Notes: generated by a model from the sequence alone, not told the origin. A DNA stretch of 64,000 nt from Octopus vulgaris (GCA_951406725.2 OX597814.1:62930001-62994000); one strand, 5' to 3'. Shown: positions 1-13,119, numbered from the stretch's first letter. Numbers and translations are program-made.

Positions 1-121
1 AGTACACTTAGCATTTCTATTTGGTAGTAATTTCGTTTTACTAAGGTATTACATTCCAGATTTATTAGGTAAGCTAAATGGAATACAGTTATATTAATAC
101 CTTTCCAGAAAATATTAACTA

Positions 122-963
122 TACTAGCTTAAAGTGACCCGCTCTACGCGCGAGTAAGAGTGTGGTTGTTACTTTCTGTTGCTTCCTTTCTGTTTTTTAT
201 CACCACATTCTCCCTCTTTGTTTCTCTCTCCTTTCTCCTTTCTCTTACTTTCTCTACCTATCTCTCTCCCATTTATAAACAAGAAAAGATCTTGAGTAAG
301 TTGAGGAAAAAATATTTTGAAAGATCAATCATAAATATCAGGCAGTGACAACGGAAAGGTCTGCTTCAAGGCAGACAGCAAAACACTAACATTTAAAAGG
401 GACAGACGAACTTGCGAGCTGAATAAAAATTAAAAAAAATATTGGAAACCAAAGTTTGAAGTGATAGAATCTGAGGATAGTAGAGTCACCATGGCTGGCA
501 TTTCTTAACGACGGACAGCAACGTAGTGGCAGTTTAACGGCTTGTGTAAAATTTTGATCTTGATGTAAAAGAAAATTCCTAAATACCAAGTTTTGAAGAG
601 ATTCTTTCTCACGGCAGTAAACTCACCATGGCAAGCATTCAAAACTTCTTCATCATGGACGGCAACACATTGACGATTTAAAGGCTGGAGCAAATTTTTT
701 TGTTTGATGTAACAGAAAATTCCTAAACACCCGCTCCTATAAATTTTAATCCCCTTCCAGCCTCATTTAGATCCCTTTTCACATTTTGGTTAATATAACC
801 CGATTTCATTCGGGTTACTCGGGACACATTTTATAAGATGAGGAAATTTTTTCCTAGAGGTCACGCCTCTCATTTGAGGAAAGAAATAGTTGCCATGCAA
901 ACTCGCCAGCACTTTTAACATAGGTGTGCATATTTTCAGCTCAACCGACCAAATAATGCACAC

Positions 964-1012
<49 letters not shown>

Positions 1013-1055
1013 GCATTAAATATACATATGTACATATATACGTATTATATATATA

Positions 1056-1105
<50 letters not shown>

Positions 1106-1248
1106 ACGTATTATATATATATATACAGATTGTATATATATATATATATATATCAATTAACCCACTAAATATCTGATTCATAATATCTGTTCTCGTGATT
1201 GTGTGGTGGTGGTGGCGATGATAATTCTCTCTATGAATGCAGACAGAC

Positions 1249-1283
<35 letters not shown>

Positions 1284-1650
1284 ATAGGTGAAAGAGTGAG
1301 AGCGCTGGCGAAGGGGGTGGGAGAAAGATAGTAGACGCTGTCAAACGTCGTTATAGAGAGAAAGTGAAAGGAGGGAGGAGAGAGAGAGAGAGAGAGAGAC
1401 GGAGGAAGACCGGCAGATAAGAGAATTAGAGAAGCGAGAAAGACTTGTCAAAGTGTGGAGTTTTTTGCACTAGTAACCACAGCTTTTGAGATAGGGATTT
1501 CTAACCTAGCCCACTCACAACCACACCTCATTTTACACGTCCCTGTCAATTTTGGAGTGAATCCGACGGCATCTAGTGCCCTTTAACCCGTTACAATGCC
1601 AAAACCAGACAAACAAACAAACTTTCTCATTTTAGATTTATCGATATTGA
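122..1650 (+). mobile_element. Non-autonomous Helitron/Helentron-like (HINE/Lep1-type) element or cluster with internal microsatellites
   Basis: 5' end TACTAGCT...ACCCGCTCTACGCGCG; 3' end CAAACAAACAAACTTTCTCATTTTAGATTTAT resembles HINE/Lep1 termini. Internal ~145-bp diverged tandem unit (about 510-590 vs 655-730) and (TA)n/(GA)n tracts. Confidence 0.45.
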
Positions 1651-2105
1651 TATTTGAAGTGCTTTACAGTGTTTATATTAATTTTGTTTCGATGTTTCTT
1701 TGATTTACTAGTCGGAGAGAAAGTGTCATGGGTAATACATATCAAGGCATTTATGGATAGTTTCATATGATTAAGTGGCGTTCCATTTAAGATTCAAAAT
1801 TTGAGGTCTTTGTAAAACAGACTGGATTTTGATTCATGAATGAATCAACATAACAAACAAACCCCTGTTGATATATGCATAATACCAGTTTATAATCAAT
1901 CTTTGTTGAATGCTAGCTTTAAAATTAAGTGTTTAGTTTGAGTCGCCACGCAGATACATCTAAAGTTACATTGCAGTTAGTTTCCATAAAGACTCTCATT
2001 TGTCAACTACTGTCATGTACCATTTCAAATTGTTCGGATTTGCATAAAGGGATACTTACTATCTACTGAATCACAGTATATATCTATATGCAGTTGTTTT
2101 GTTTT

Positions 2106-2224
2106 GGCTCTGAAGAAGATAGCTTTGAGGTAGTAGTTCCGCATAGTTTCAGTTGATCAATCGATCGATCGAGGAGATTGAACCAGGAACGCACTCAAAC
2201 GAATATCTGAAACAACTGTAAGTC
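2106..2224 (+). ncRNA. Type I hammerhead ribozyme motif with extended stem II
   Basis: GGCT-CTGAAGA-AGATA...(long hairpin)...TATCT-GAAACAACTGTA-AGTC: stem I, canonical core, stem II, near-palindromic stem III and a GUA cleavage triplet. Confidence 0.7.
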
Positions 2225-2473
2225 TATAATAAATAAATGTATACAACTCATTAGTTTTTGTCTATTCTGTGTTTCACTCTATAAAAGTATACCATTTTAA
2301 CTGGGTTATAGAACCAACTATGGATTTACGATTTTTACTGGTGATGGACTTTGATTTGGATTACCTGGAGTACAATGCCGATCACAAGACTTTTGGTTAG
2401 CCTGGTTTATTTTATCTGCAGAGAGTTTAAGAAGTATTTCGCCCGGATTACAAATATCTTTGTGTTTTGTATG

Positions 2474-2528
<55 letters not shown>

Positions 2529-2599
2529 CCTTATAACCTTTACTCTTGTTATAAACCTTTACCACATGCTAATCAGTTTCTTTAAGATCATGAGTTCAA

Positions 2600-2930
2600 G
2601 TTTAATTTTTACCAAATGAATTCATACAAAACTGAAAACGTTGATATTTAAATATAATCACCTTTAAAAAGGACCATCCATGGAAAGTATTTTGCAAAGT
2701 GCTCTGCTGCAGTATCATTTCCAAGTATACATTAATGTTCGATTCGAGAGAGAACGGATTTAGGCATCCAAGTATTCTCGTGAATACTTGGAGTGTATTG
2801 CTTGCAGTGTATGTAACTTTTGAAAGATATCTTTGAACATGAAGGCACGAAATGAAATTTTTGTGGATGTGGCGGCTGGCCTCCAACTAGAGAAAGATAA
2901 AAGAAACCGTGGGAGAAAACGATAAATATT
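2600..2930 (+). mobile_element. Possible decayed MULE/SWIM-type transposase C-terminal remnant
   Basis: Cys-rich broken frames ending in a basic KDKRNRGRKR motif; no intact ORF. Confidence 0.2.
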
Positions 2931-3554
2931 GAGAAAGAAAAAATAATTTAGATACACTTTAGAGATAAAATACATTCAAAGTTTAAAATTGCTGAAGCAA
3001 TTTGGTTAGAAAAAAAAGAGTTTTGGCAATCCAGTGATTCAAGGGGGAGGTGGGGAATCACATTTTTTCTTGTCCAAAAGTGTCATGGATATGTATGGAA
3101 AACATATTTTAAGATAAAAACATCGAAATGCTTTACGTCTGATAAAATACGAAGACCATTGTCAACGGATTGCAAATAATTTCGATCTAGTTATATTTTT
3201 CTACAATAATTTTCAATTCCATTTCGATTTTGTTGGGTAGCCATCAGGGTAAAACATTTGCTGCTGTGTTTTGTTCTGTTCGCAAGGCTTTCATATGGTA
3301 ACCTTACATATTTTCGGAAAACTATAGTTTCATCCCTCTTATTAATTTTTATGTTATATTCAGTTAGCAAACATTTCAAATATACTTAAGTTTTTTATTA
3401 GATGCTTCAGATTTTTGAATCACTTCTCTGAGGTTCACGTTATCGATTATTCGTGTGATTGAAGCAGGAAAACAGTTTCTATCTATCTACCTACCTACCT
3501 ACCTACCTACCTACCTACCTACCTACCTACCTACCTACCTACCTACCTACCTAC

Positions 3555-3625
<71 letters not shown>

Positions 3626-3639
3626 GCTATCAATCTTAA

Positions 3640-3955
3640 GGTGAAGGTGTATCGTAGTAGTTAGGATATTCGGCTCCTGATTCTAAGGTCGTGAGCTCAA
3701 TTCCAATTGGCGCGTTGTATCCTTGAGCAAGGTACTTTATTTCGCCATTACCCCAGTCTACTCAGCTGGCAAAAATGAGTAGCATCTGTATTTAAAAGAT
3801 CCAGCCTAGTCACACTCTGTGTCACGCCGAATCTCCTTCAAAACTATGTTAAAGGAGCGCGTGTCTGTGGGGTGTCCACTTGAATGTTAATTTCATAAGC
3901 AAGCTGTTCCGTTGATCGGATCGACTGGAACACTCGTCATCGAGACTGTCGAAGT
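3640..3955 (+). mobile_element. tRNA-derived SINE, Deu/Nin-like core (other copies at about 5460-5765 and 12930-13105, both minus strand)
   Basis: A/B-box-like head followed by CCTTGAGCAAGG...CAGTCYACTCAGCTGGCAAAA, shared with the reverse-oriented copies. Confidence 0.7.
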
Positions 3956-3957
3956 GC

Positions 3958-4032
<75 letters not shown>

Positions 4033-5090
4033 CCTGTCTGTCTGTCTGTCTGTCAGCCAGCCTGCCTGCTGTCTGCCTGCCTGTCTGTCTGTCTGTCTAC
4101 CTTGCAACCAAAAACGAGAAAAAAGTAGAAAAATGCTGAAATACCAGATGTTAACTATGATCAATAAAAGTAAATAAAAATCACAATTAAGATTGATATG
4201 AAGTGTCGCGAGGCTTGAAAACAGTCCCCCAGCATAGTTATTGTCCAATAAACGAGGTAAAAAAAATAAAGAATGCAAATATGTACTGGTGAATTTAATG
4301 AAGCGTGATAAATAAGTACTTAGCGCATCGATCCAGGTGGAATAAAAAGACAATGTAAACTTCTACAAAATTCGAACATAAAGCCTAGTAACAAATGTAG
4401 GAAAATGGTTTTTCCGACGCTCTACTGGTTCTATGAAATAACTTGATGGCGGTAATTGGATTAATTAGCAAGAAAATAACATTTCTAGTAGTCGTAGTCG
4501 TAGTAATAGCAGCTACCGCAGCATCAGCGGCATCAGCGGCAGCTGTAGCAGCGGCAGCAGCAGCAGCAGCGACAGCAATAGCAGCGTAAGCAGTAGCAGT
4601 GAACCGGAAGAAAGAGCAGGGTGTCGGGAAAAATGACTTATAGTAAATGCTTCATCAGATTTGAAATATGACTCAGATCAATTTTCGCCCTTATGTGTGT
4701 GTGTGTACACACACACACGCACACACACACACATACATACATACATACATACACATACATACATACATACATACATACATACATACATACAAACACACAT
4801 ACACACATACATACATACATACATACATACAAAAATACCCTCTTGTTGATGTTGGAATTCCAATGGAGGATCGTAGGATCTAGGTTAGAAACCGACCCTT
4901 TCTCTATTGGCAAGAAATCTTGAAATAAAACGGAATAGTGACATACATACATACATTCATACATACATATTTTTTTATTAAAACGTTTCGGCCCTTGAGT
5001 TAATCACGTTTTGAGATCTAACTTTCCTGTTTCCATCACCAAACCTGTACAAAAATGCGCGCGCGACTGATTATTTCAGTCAGTGAATGA

Positions 5091-5121
<31 letters not shown>

Positions 5122-6399
5122 CGGGCGCTCAGCACATCGGAAATCAGAATTGAATGTAAATTTAAACTTCATAAAGCTTCACTGTAAGCTTCACTTTATA
5201 AAGCTTCAGTGAATCAAAAGAGCTGAAATAAACACAAACGTGATAAAGACCGAGTGTATGTCGTATAATAACGTAAGCACTTTCGTTCTGTACTATCGAT
5301 ATGCGGAAGGAAAAAGGTCGAGTATTTTGACACACTATTTCACAGTATTTTTATCGCTCCTCAGAGAAGACTTCAAGGTTCTTTTCAAATCAATAGCTCT
5401 ATCAGTTGCATATGAAATACTCAAAAATACGTTCATGGATACACAGCCATTGCACTCTGTCTGTTACGACAACGAGAGTTCCGGTTGACCCAATCAACGG
5501 AACAGCCTGCTCATGAAATTAACATGCAAGTGGCTGAACACTCCACATATACGTGTATTCGCGACGTAGTTCTCAGGAAGATTTAACACGACACAGAATA
5601 TAACAAGGTTGGCCCTTTGAAATTCAGGTACAACTAAGTTTTGCCAGCTGAGTGGACTGGAGTAATGAGAAATATTTTCTTGCTCAAGAACACAACGCGC
5701 CGCCGGGAATCGAACTCCAATCTTTAGAATCACCGTGAGTCGAATACTCTAACCTTTATGCCATGCACCACTGCACACACACGCACGCATACACGCATGC
5801 TCACACGCACACAGAAACAAACATATATACACGAACACGTCTACACACATAAAAACACATACACACGTTTATATATGTAACTTAAATTCTTCTGACCACC
5901 AAAAGTATATGGGAAGCTGTCAGCATTGGGCAAAATGCTTAGCAGTATTTCTTCCGGCTCTTTACGTTCTAAACTCAAAGACTGTCAGGATCGACCTTGT
6001 CTTCCATTTTCTTCGGATCGATAAAATAAAGTAAAAGTCAAGAACTGGTAGGTGGGGAGGATGTAATCGACATTCCCCTCCCCTCAAAACTAGTGACCTT
6101 TTGCCAACATTAGAAAGAATTATATTATTGGTATTGTTATTTTTTGTGACTTAGATGTATGTCGTTAGTGCTTTAATTCAGCGCAGTCACTTTCTTCATT
6201 CTCAGTTTATCTAGCATTAGAAATAAGATTTTCTGGCGAGTAAATGGAGAAAGGTCGACATGACTTATCTCACGTTGATGGCTACTGCCGATAACGGAAG
6301 TCAAGCATCTAACATTCCTTATCGTCTCTATATTTATCCTGTTGCTATATATATTTACAGAAAAGTCTACGATAACATCCTCCTAGTCGATGAATTCAT

Positions 6400-6800
6400 A
6401 GATGTGCTATTAAGAAGTATATTTGGCACCTATATGTTTTTCAATATACTTTACCCCCACTGCACGCAGTCTGAGACTGTAGAGCATGTCCTTGTTTTAC
6501 TCACTACGTGCATCCTGAAGAATTGAATCTAACCGACAGACTGCCTTGTTTGTGAAATTTGGTAGCCAGAGTAACTGTTTCTCTTCTTGGGTGCTAGACT
6601 TAATCCGTTAACCGGTTTACGTCTAGTAACTGGCATTTAGCTACCTTCAGCGGAACCTGCATTTTTGCAAGGTCAGATCCTCAGACTGTAGACTGTGTCC
6701 CTGGTTTTGTCACCAGTCTCAGAGATCTTGAAAAGGGTCATTTGCCTTGTCCTTGCTACTTTCGCTAAGTTGTTGGTAACGACTGTAAGAACCTGATTTA
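6400..6800 (+). mobile_element. Decayed L1/Tx1-like LINE 3' fragment
   Basis: HCTQSETVEHVL zinc-knuckle remnant in ORF 6260..6526. Confidence 0.35.
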
Positions 6801-7199
6801 AATATTGTAAAATTGTAAGGAGAAATGACCATGATTTAAACTTTATGTACCTTGGTTCTCTTCAGAGTAATACAACCTAAATTTTAATTGTAGTGAAATA
6901 CGGTGTATTATAAAAGAAATAAAAGTGACGTAATACGGAAACGAAAAGACATTGGCCCGAATATTTATTCCTTGCTAATTAATTAAGTTGAGTTATATTG
7001 GTTTATATTGATTATACATAATGTCCAGTTGCTTTTCTGGTATTTGTTGTTGATGTTGTTTTGTTTAACCCCAGACTAACCCTCAGTGTCAATAGTTTTA
7101 CAGCTATCATCAACTCGTTTTTGTTTTCAGGCATCACATATTTAATATCGTTGTTTTAGGTTTCATCTTTTTTAGAACGGTGAAGAGACAGGAAGCCTC

Positions 7200-7530
7200 A
7201 GTAGTTGATTTACGCTAAATATATTCCAGCTTTGCTGTTGCTATATATCTCCGGTCTGGTTAACGAAGATCGAGCAAATCTGGGATGAACGATATATGAT
7301 CAAATGCGTTCCAATAGTGCCTGTATATCAGAAACAACATTGCCAAAACGTTCGTTCTTTCTAAGGTGCCTGAGAAAAGATTGGCTGCTGTATCTAGGAG
7401 GTCGACGCACACCTCTTCTGCTTCCATATACCGGGATTTGTTCAAGAAACTGACCTTATATATCGGGACGTGTTCAAGATACTCCAAACGAAATGAAGTT
7501 TTCAGATTTTCTTTAATGATCAACTGAGTT
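7200..7530 (-). mobile_element. Decayed LINE reverse-transcriptase fragment
   Basis: ORF 7260..7523 contains VPIYKVSFLNKS (YRPISLL-like) and YWNAFD (motif A-like). Confidence 0.45.
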
Positions 7531-7781
7531 ACAGGATGTTTGAATATGCTACGAGAATTGTCTTTTTTATACCCTTCATTTGATCATAGATCATAGATCT
7601 ACTTGTTTAAATGTTTAACTTCATCGTTTCACAGTGTGAAGTGTCATATTCTCTGCTGTTTAGTTTTCGCTAACTTCCAGTGTACAAATTAAATCCTAAA
7701 ATTATAGTTGAATAAATTCTTGTCACCTACTGCTCAAATTGTATTGATCTTAATGAATCTCTCTCTTCCTCTCTTCCCCAC

Positions 7782-7836
<55 letters not shown>

Positions 7837-7904
7837 CTCTCTCTCTTTCGCTCTTTTTTACCCTTTCTCTCAATTCATTTGCCTTTTTACTGTATTTAAA
7901 TTAA

Positions 7905-7937
7905 TTGTGCTTCTTTTTTCAATTTTGCAGGTAAGCA
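7905..7937 (+). promoter_or_regulatory. Candidate recursive splice site (3' acceptor directly abutting a 5' donor)
   Basis: TTCTTTTTTCAATTTTGCAG|GTAAGC; AG ends at 7930. Confidence 0.45.
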
Positions 7938-8341
7938 TATTTTAAGCACCAATCACGGACAATTTCATTTTCGTCGTTGCTGATTTGATGCTGGATATAG
8001 GTATGGCAGTTTCATATTTAAGGTTTTTATCATGTTGAAAAGTTTAATACGTAGTAATGAGTCTCTGAGAGCGAGCGTGAGAGTGAATGAGTAAGTGAGA
8101 GAGAAAATATTTGGAAGATGTATATAATTAAGAGACAAAATCTCTATTAAGTAATTCAATTAATAGTGAAAGATATTATCTATAATAAATCATATAGAAA
8201 GAATTTGAATATATTATAATAAATATTATTCTAAAAAATCACTAAATTAAATAAACATTAAATTGACTACGCACGTTTCGTGACTATATATTTATATCGA
8301 TAATATTAAAAGTTAATATTAATTCGATTATATATATATAT

Positions 8342-8656
8342 ATACTAATAAAAAGGGCTCAGCAAAGAATTACCTCACCACACACCGAAGTTCAGAAATA
8401 GCAGCCAAAAATCTTAGCCATTTCTTCTACTTTAAAAAGGGTCTTCCAGAGAAACCAAAATACTTTAAAAAGACCCTTTTTAAAGTAGAAGAAATGGCTG
8501 CTATTTCTGAACTTCGGTGTGTGGTGAGGCAATTCTTTGCTGAACCCTTTTTATTAGTATTACTAAAAATTTACCGTGTAACGGTCCTGTTTTCATACCG
8601 ACTTCTACTTGGAGAAATTTATTGATTACTTTTTAATTAATTAATTTTACCCTTTG

Positions 8657-8659
<3 letters not shown>
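8342..8659 (+). mobile_element. Asymmetric foldback element in (TA)n (PLE-like inverted terminus), structured-tail family copy A
   Basis: Arms 8342-8445 and 8470-8560 are reverse complements, followed by a ~100-nt tail with no counterpart in the left arm. Homologous to 29962-30458. Confidence 0.75.
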
Positions 8660-8704
<45 letters not shown>

Positions 8705-9182
8705 ATATACTGTATGTGTGAAGGATATCTTGAAGGATGTATTGAAATGTAAGTTAAGATACGTAAATCATATATTTTGTTATTAAGTATACAGTTTAGC
8801 ACGGTTGTGAGTACTAAACAAAAATATTATGCCACAGATTTTCTATCGTTCCTGGGGCAGAAAAGAGGAAACAGTTTGATAAATTAGTATCTTTTTTCAT
8901 CTTCCCTAACGACAGGATACTCCACAAGAGATTATTAGCTTATATCTATATACAATTCATACAAATTCAGGCAGAGCTAAACTGGTTTATCTGATTTGCA
9001 TACAATGCTTGCGGTGACAAGTTAATAGTCTTTCTGCTATGCAAAGTAGACAGACTGGTTAGATCTGTCTGAGTTTGCATACACTATAAATATATTGTAA
9101 ATTAACATTTTCGTGAACAGAAGAGAGAAATCATTCTACTGATCAAAATCTAACATGACGCTAAAATCTGTGGTGACTTTAC

Positions 9183-9328
9183 GTGGCTGTGTGGTAAGAA
9201 GCTTGCTTCTCAACCACATGATTCCGGGTTCTGTCCCGGTGTCTTGGGCAAGTGTCTTCTACTATAGCCTCGGGCCGACCAAATCCTTGTGAATAGATTT
9301 CGTAGACAGAAACTGAAAGAAGCCCGTC

Positions 9329-9330
<2 letters not shown>
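9183..9330 (+). mobile_element. Abundant SINE with internal microsatellite (other copies at about 16390-16600, 19530-19910, 33750-34135, 41150-41340, 56640-57050)
   Basis: Recurrent GCTGTGTGGTAAGAAGCTTGCTT...GGCAAGTGTCTTCTACTATAGCC...GAAACTGAAAGAAGCCCGTCGTA, and GGTGCTCCAGCATGGCC segments in the other copies. Confidence 0.75.
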
Positions 9331-9354
<24 letters not shown>

Positions 9355-9363
<9 letters not shown>

Positions 9364-9950
9364 CAGGTATAAGCCTGAGCTTGTAATCTGGATAGGGTAA
9401 CTGCAGATTTTTCAGTAGTTCAGCATAGGTATTCTCTTTTTCATTGAACAACCGCCGGGAAGCTTATTTCCACAACTGCGCACAGTTTCTCTTCTCTATC
9501 CCAAATCATTATATAAGGTCTGTTGTACTTAGATTTTATTGAGGTCTTCACTGGGACATTCCACCAGAACTCCTTTTTATTATGAGTGGCTATGGCTTCT
9601 ACCATACTGTGGGTTCTTATTTCTTTGTCCTTGGGGTTATCCTTCCAACAGATTTCATTATAGAGTGTCCTAGCCACATTATCATCTCCCATCGGTAGAT
9701 AATACCGTGATGACATTTTCGGACAATTCCTTATGATGTGGGTGATATTTTCATTGTTAACTCCACAAAGTCTGCATTGGTTGTCATATTTTACTGTTTT
9801 TTTTCTGCATATCTATCCCATTTGTGCATCAGATATTTGGTTGATATTTTCTGTTCAATAATATACCCATGCATAATCTTTTGCTCATATAGGTTCACTC
9901 TTTCATCTGATGACACGTTGCAGTAGAGTCGTGCGACTCCTTTGGACATG
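9355..9950 (-). mobile_element. R4/Dong-like REL retrotransposon 3' fragment, decayed
   Basis: CRLCG...HII.NC knuckle, WWNVPVKT, RPYIMIWD (PD-type nuclease) and YAELLKNL; frameshifted. Confidence 0.75.
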
Positions 9951-9982
9951 TATTCTAGGTTATCAGACAAGGAATGTTGCTC

Positions 9983-10013
<31 letters not shown>

Positions 10014-10993
10014 TGTATGTATGTATGTATGTATGTATGTATGTATGTATGTATGTATAAAACTCAAGTAAACAACATGCAGAAAGATATACGCATCCAT
10101 AAACAGGATGTGTATAGTAAGAAAAATTTTTACCGTTATAAATAGACACATCCGCGATCCCAAATTGCAACACTCAAGCTCTACACTATACACAAATCAG
10201 AAAATACATGATGGGGTCAACAACAAACAATCTGACCTTTCATACATATAGTACTCCGTTCACTTGTTGATTGAAAAAGGTTTCAAAGGGTTGTTAACTT
10301 TCAAGTTGATGTTTATTTTTACTGCATTGAATGCATTTATTATTTACATGGATACAGTGTCATAAAATAAACGATTACGTGTTCAAAAAAGAAATGTACG
10401 ATTGTTGTATAGATTACTATAACCTACACTTTGTGAAAATAAAATGTTTTCATCAATACAGCAACATATTATATCAGTAATATAGCATAATGGTAGAACC
10501 TGATAATATAGAAAATAATTGGATTTTTTTTTCATGATCTTGAAAGAAAATTATTTTAAAAAATAAGCTATAAAAATATCTCAAAGCTTTTCATGATTAA
10601 ATAGCTTCATTAACATAAAGAAAGATTTTCAAAAAGATAGCTAAAAAATTTAAATTTAAGTGTATTTCGGAAAAACAAAACTAAAATAATTACCTAATCA
10701 AAACAACAAAAATAATTTTTAATAAAAATGTATCAATAAAAATTTACGCATGCAGCAGGGCCAGTTATCCAACGTAGTTTTTGAAACGTAAAAGTGAAGG
10801 CTACGAAAGTACATTATTTGTCAGTTAGTTTTAAAGGTTAATGAAAATATATATGTTAAAAAATTACCACTTGAGCGTTGATAAAAACCTCAATGTAAAA
10901 AAAAAATTCTAAAGAAATAACTGTCTATTAATTATTCTATATACCATGGTTAAATATGTTATTTCTCCATTCGCCTGATGCTTCAAATAACAC

Positions 10994-11228
10994 TTAACAC
11001 TTCGCTTGTCCTGTGTATCATGTATTATACACAAAATATATTTCCTGGTGCCCATGCATCATATATAATTCGCATTCCTAATTTTTTCAACCACGAGAAT
11101 ATCTTGGCACTTATGAAAGGAACGTTTTATATTACTGAGGACGTTTGAAACAAGCTCTAAGAGTCTGAATACAAGCATAGACGCGTGAGACACACTTATG
11201 AAAATGCTTTTGACATTCAAAGGGTTAA
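10994..11228. mobile_element. TTAA-flanked piggyBac-like MITE (related decayed copy ending near 21782)
   Basis: TTAACACTTCGCTTGTC ... GACATTCAAAGGGTTAA form imperfect TIRs with TTAA on both ends. Confidence 0.5.
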
Positions 11229-13119
11229 ACGAGGAAAATAATTAATTTTGTTTATCCAGATAAAGTCTTTAGAAATATTTCTAAATGTTAAATTTATTAT
11301 TTGATAATCGAAGGGTCATTGCCTAGTGGTATGGTAACAGTGTTGCACTCACGATTCGCGAAATCGTGGTTTCAATTCCTGGACAGGGTTGTGCGTTGTG
11401 TTCGTGAGCAAAGCACTTCGTCTTATGTTGCTTTCGACACCTGACGTGTGGTACACCATGAACCTGTTCAGGCAAGGTGAATTTGATGGAGAGAGTGTGT
11501 TAATGTACAGCACAAACATTTGATTACTATAAACAAATCCTTTGTGCAGGTCGTTCAGCAAGAAATTGCAGAACCGTCTTTGTTGGACTACACTTTCACA
11601 CTTTAATTTGAAGGACGGTGTAAAATATGTAATGTCAATATCAACAATGTCTTTAAAAGTTGGAATAAAATATCATTTACATATTTTGTACAATAACTGT
11701 CATGACGCAAATGCTTTACAAAAGATTTTCAGTTGAAATATTGAGTTGCATTGTTTGAACTATTCGTAATTTTACGGTAAAAATTTATTTCAAAATTTTT
11801 AACATGTTTTAAAATTGGGAAAAACGATTTGCGTCATTAGCATATAACATTTTATTAGAATTTGAAGTACAGGTTTTAGGTCATATGGGATAAAAATAAG
11901 ATTTGACATAATAAACTATCTTACAGCACTCCGGAAGCAATTAAACATTTATGCGAAAATAGATAAATTGAGATCTATTCAACTAATATTGCCGTAAATT
12001 CACAAATTTACGTATCACACTATAGTAATTATTTGTTTTTGAAATCTGTTACAAACATAAAACACTACAAAATCTGCTAATTTATTATTAATTTGTGTTA
12101 GTCACTTAAACGCATCAAAAATAAACTAGCTTTTCGCTAAGAATACAAACTTTCAATTGAATATAATGTTATTTGTGTCTAGAAATATGCTAATAGGGTT
12201 ATAATTATGGATTCGATAAATTTAGTTGGCCTACCGAGTAAATTAATTAATAGGTCGACAGACTGCGACCCATTTTGTGTAAATGGTTTTCGAAATTTTC
12301 CAGCTCAATGGGAATTGTTTCTATTTGAACACATTTTGACTGTAGTTAGGGAGCTTTACCTTAAAAATTTTTAAAGGAAAAACTGTGAGATACCATCCAG
12401 ATCTGACAATGCTTCAATTTGTAAAGGTAGTCAAAACTGAGTTGGATGCAAGATTTATATAAATTGTTTTATTACTAACAGAATTGCTATTAAACTCTTT
12501 TACATCATCTAAATTGAAAACAGATTAAAGAAATTAAAAACTTTTATCAAAATCTTCAAGCATTAAGTGATTATCATGAAATACTTGCATAGCAATATGT
12601 TTACAACTTAACCTAGATTTAATATATTTAGAGAATTTCGGAATTTAGAATATGTATTTCATGATTAAAATTATCACGACGTTTCAATTTTCAAAATACC
12701 AAAATAACCGTTGTCGAAACTTTGCAGTACGAAATTTTCTTACGAATTTTGTGCAAATTTTCTGTCCTTTTATGGAATTTTCATGCGGCGAGTGACCAAA
12801 ATTGCGATACATAGAACAAAACTATTATAAGGGACCCGATTCTGTCATACAATCATTTATTTGCTCCGCTCTTTTAACTACTACTAAGACTAGCAAAACC
12901 TTCGGCTCTGTTGTCTTACTATGCTGACACTGCGTCGGTTGATCCGATCCGTGGAACAACCTGCTCGTGAAATTAGCGTGCAAGTGGCTGAACACTCTAC
13001 AGACACACGTACTCTTAACATAGTTTTCAGGGAGATTTAGCTTAGTACAGAGTGTGACAAGGCTGGCCTTTTGAAAAACAGGTACTACTCATTTTTGCCA
13101 TCGGAGTGGGCCGTCGACT

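Noticed and set aside
11130-11162. CTGAGGA...GAAAC hammerhead-like string in the piggyBac-like MITE
   Set aside because: There is no real stem II or III, and it is not conserved in the related copy near 21680.
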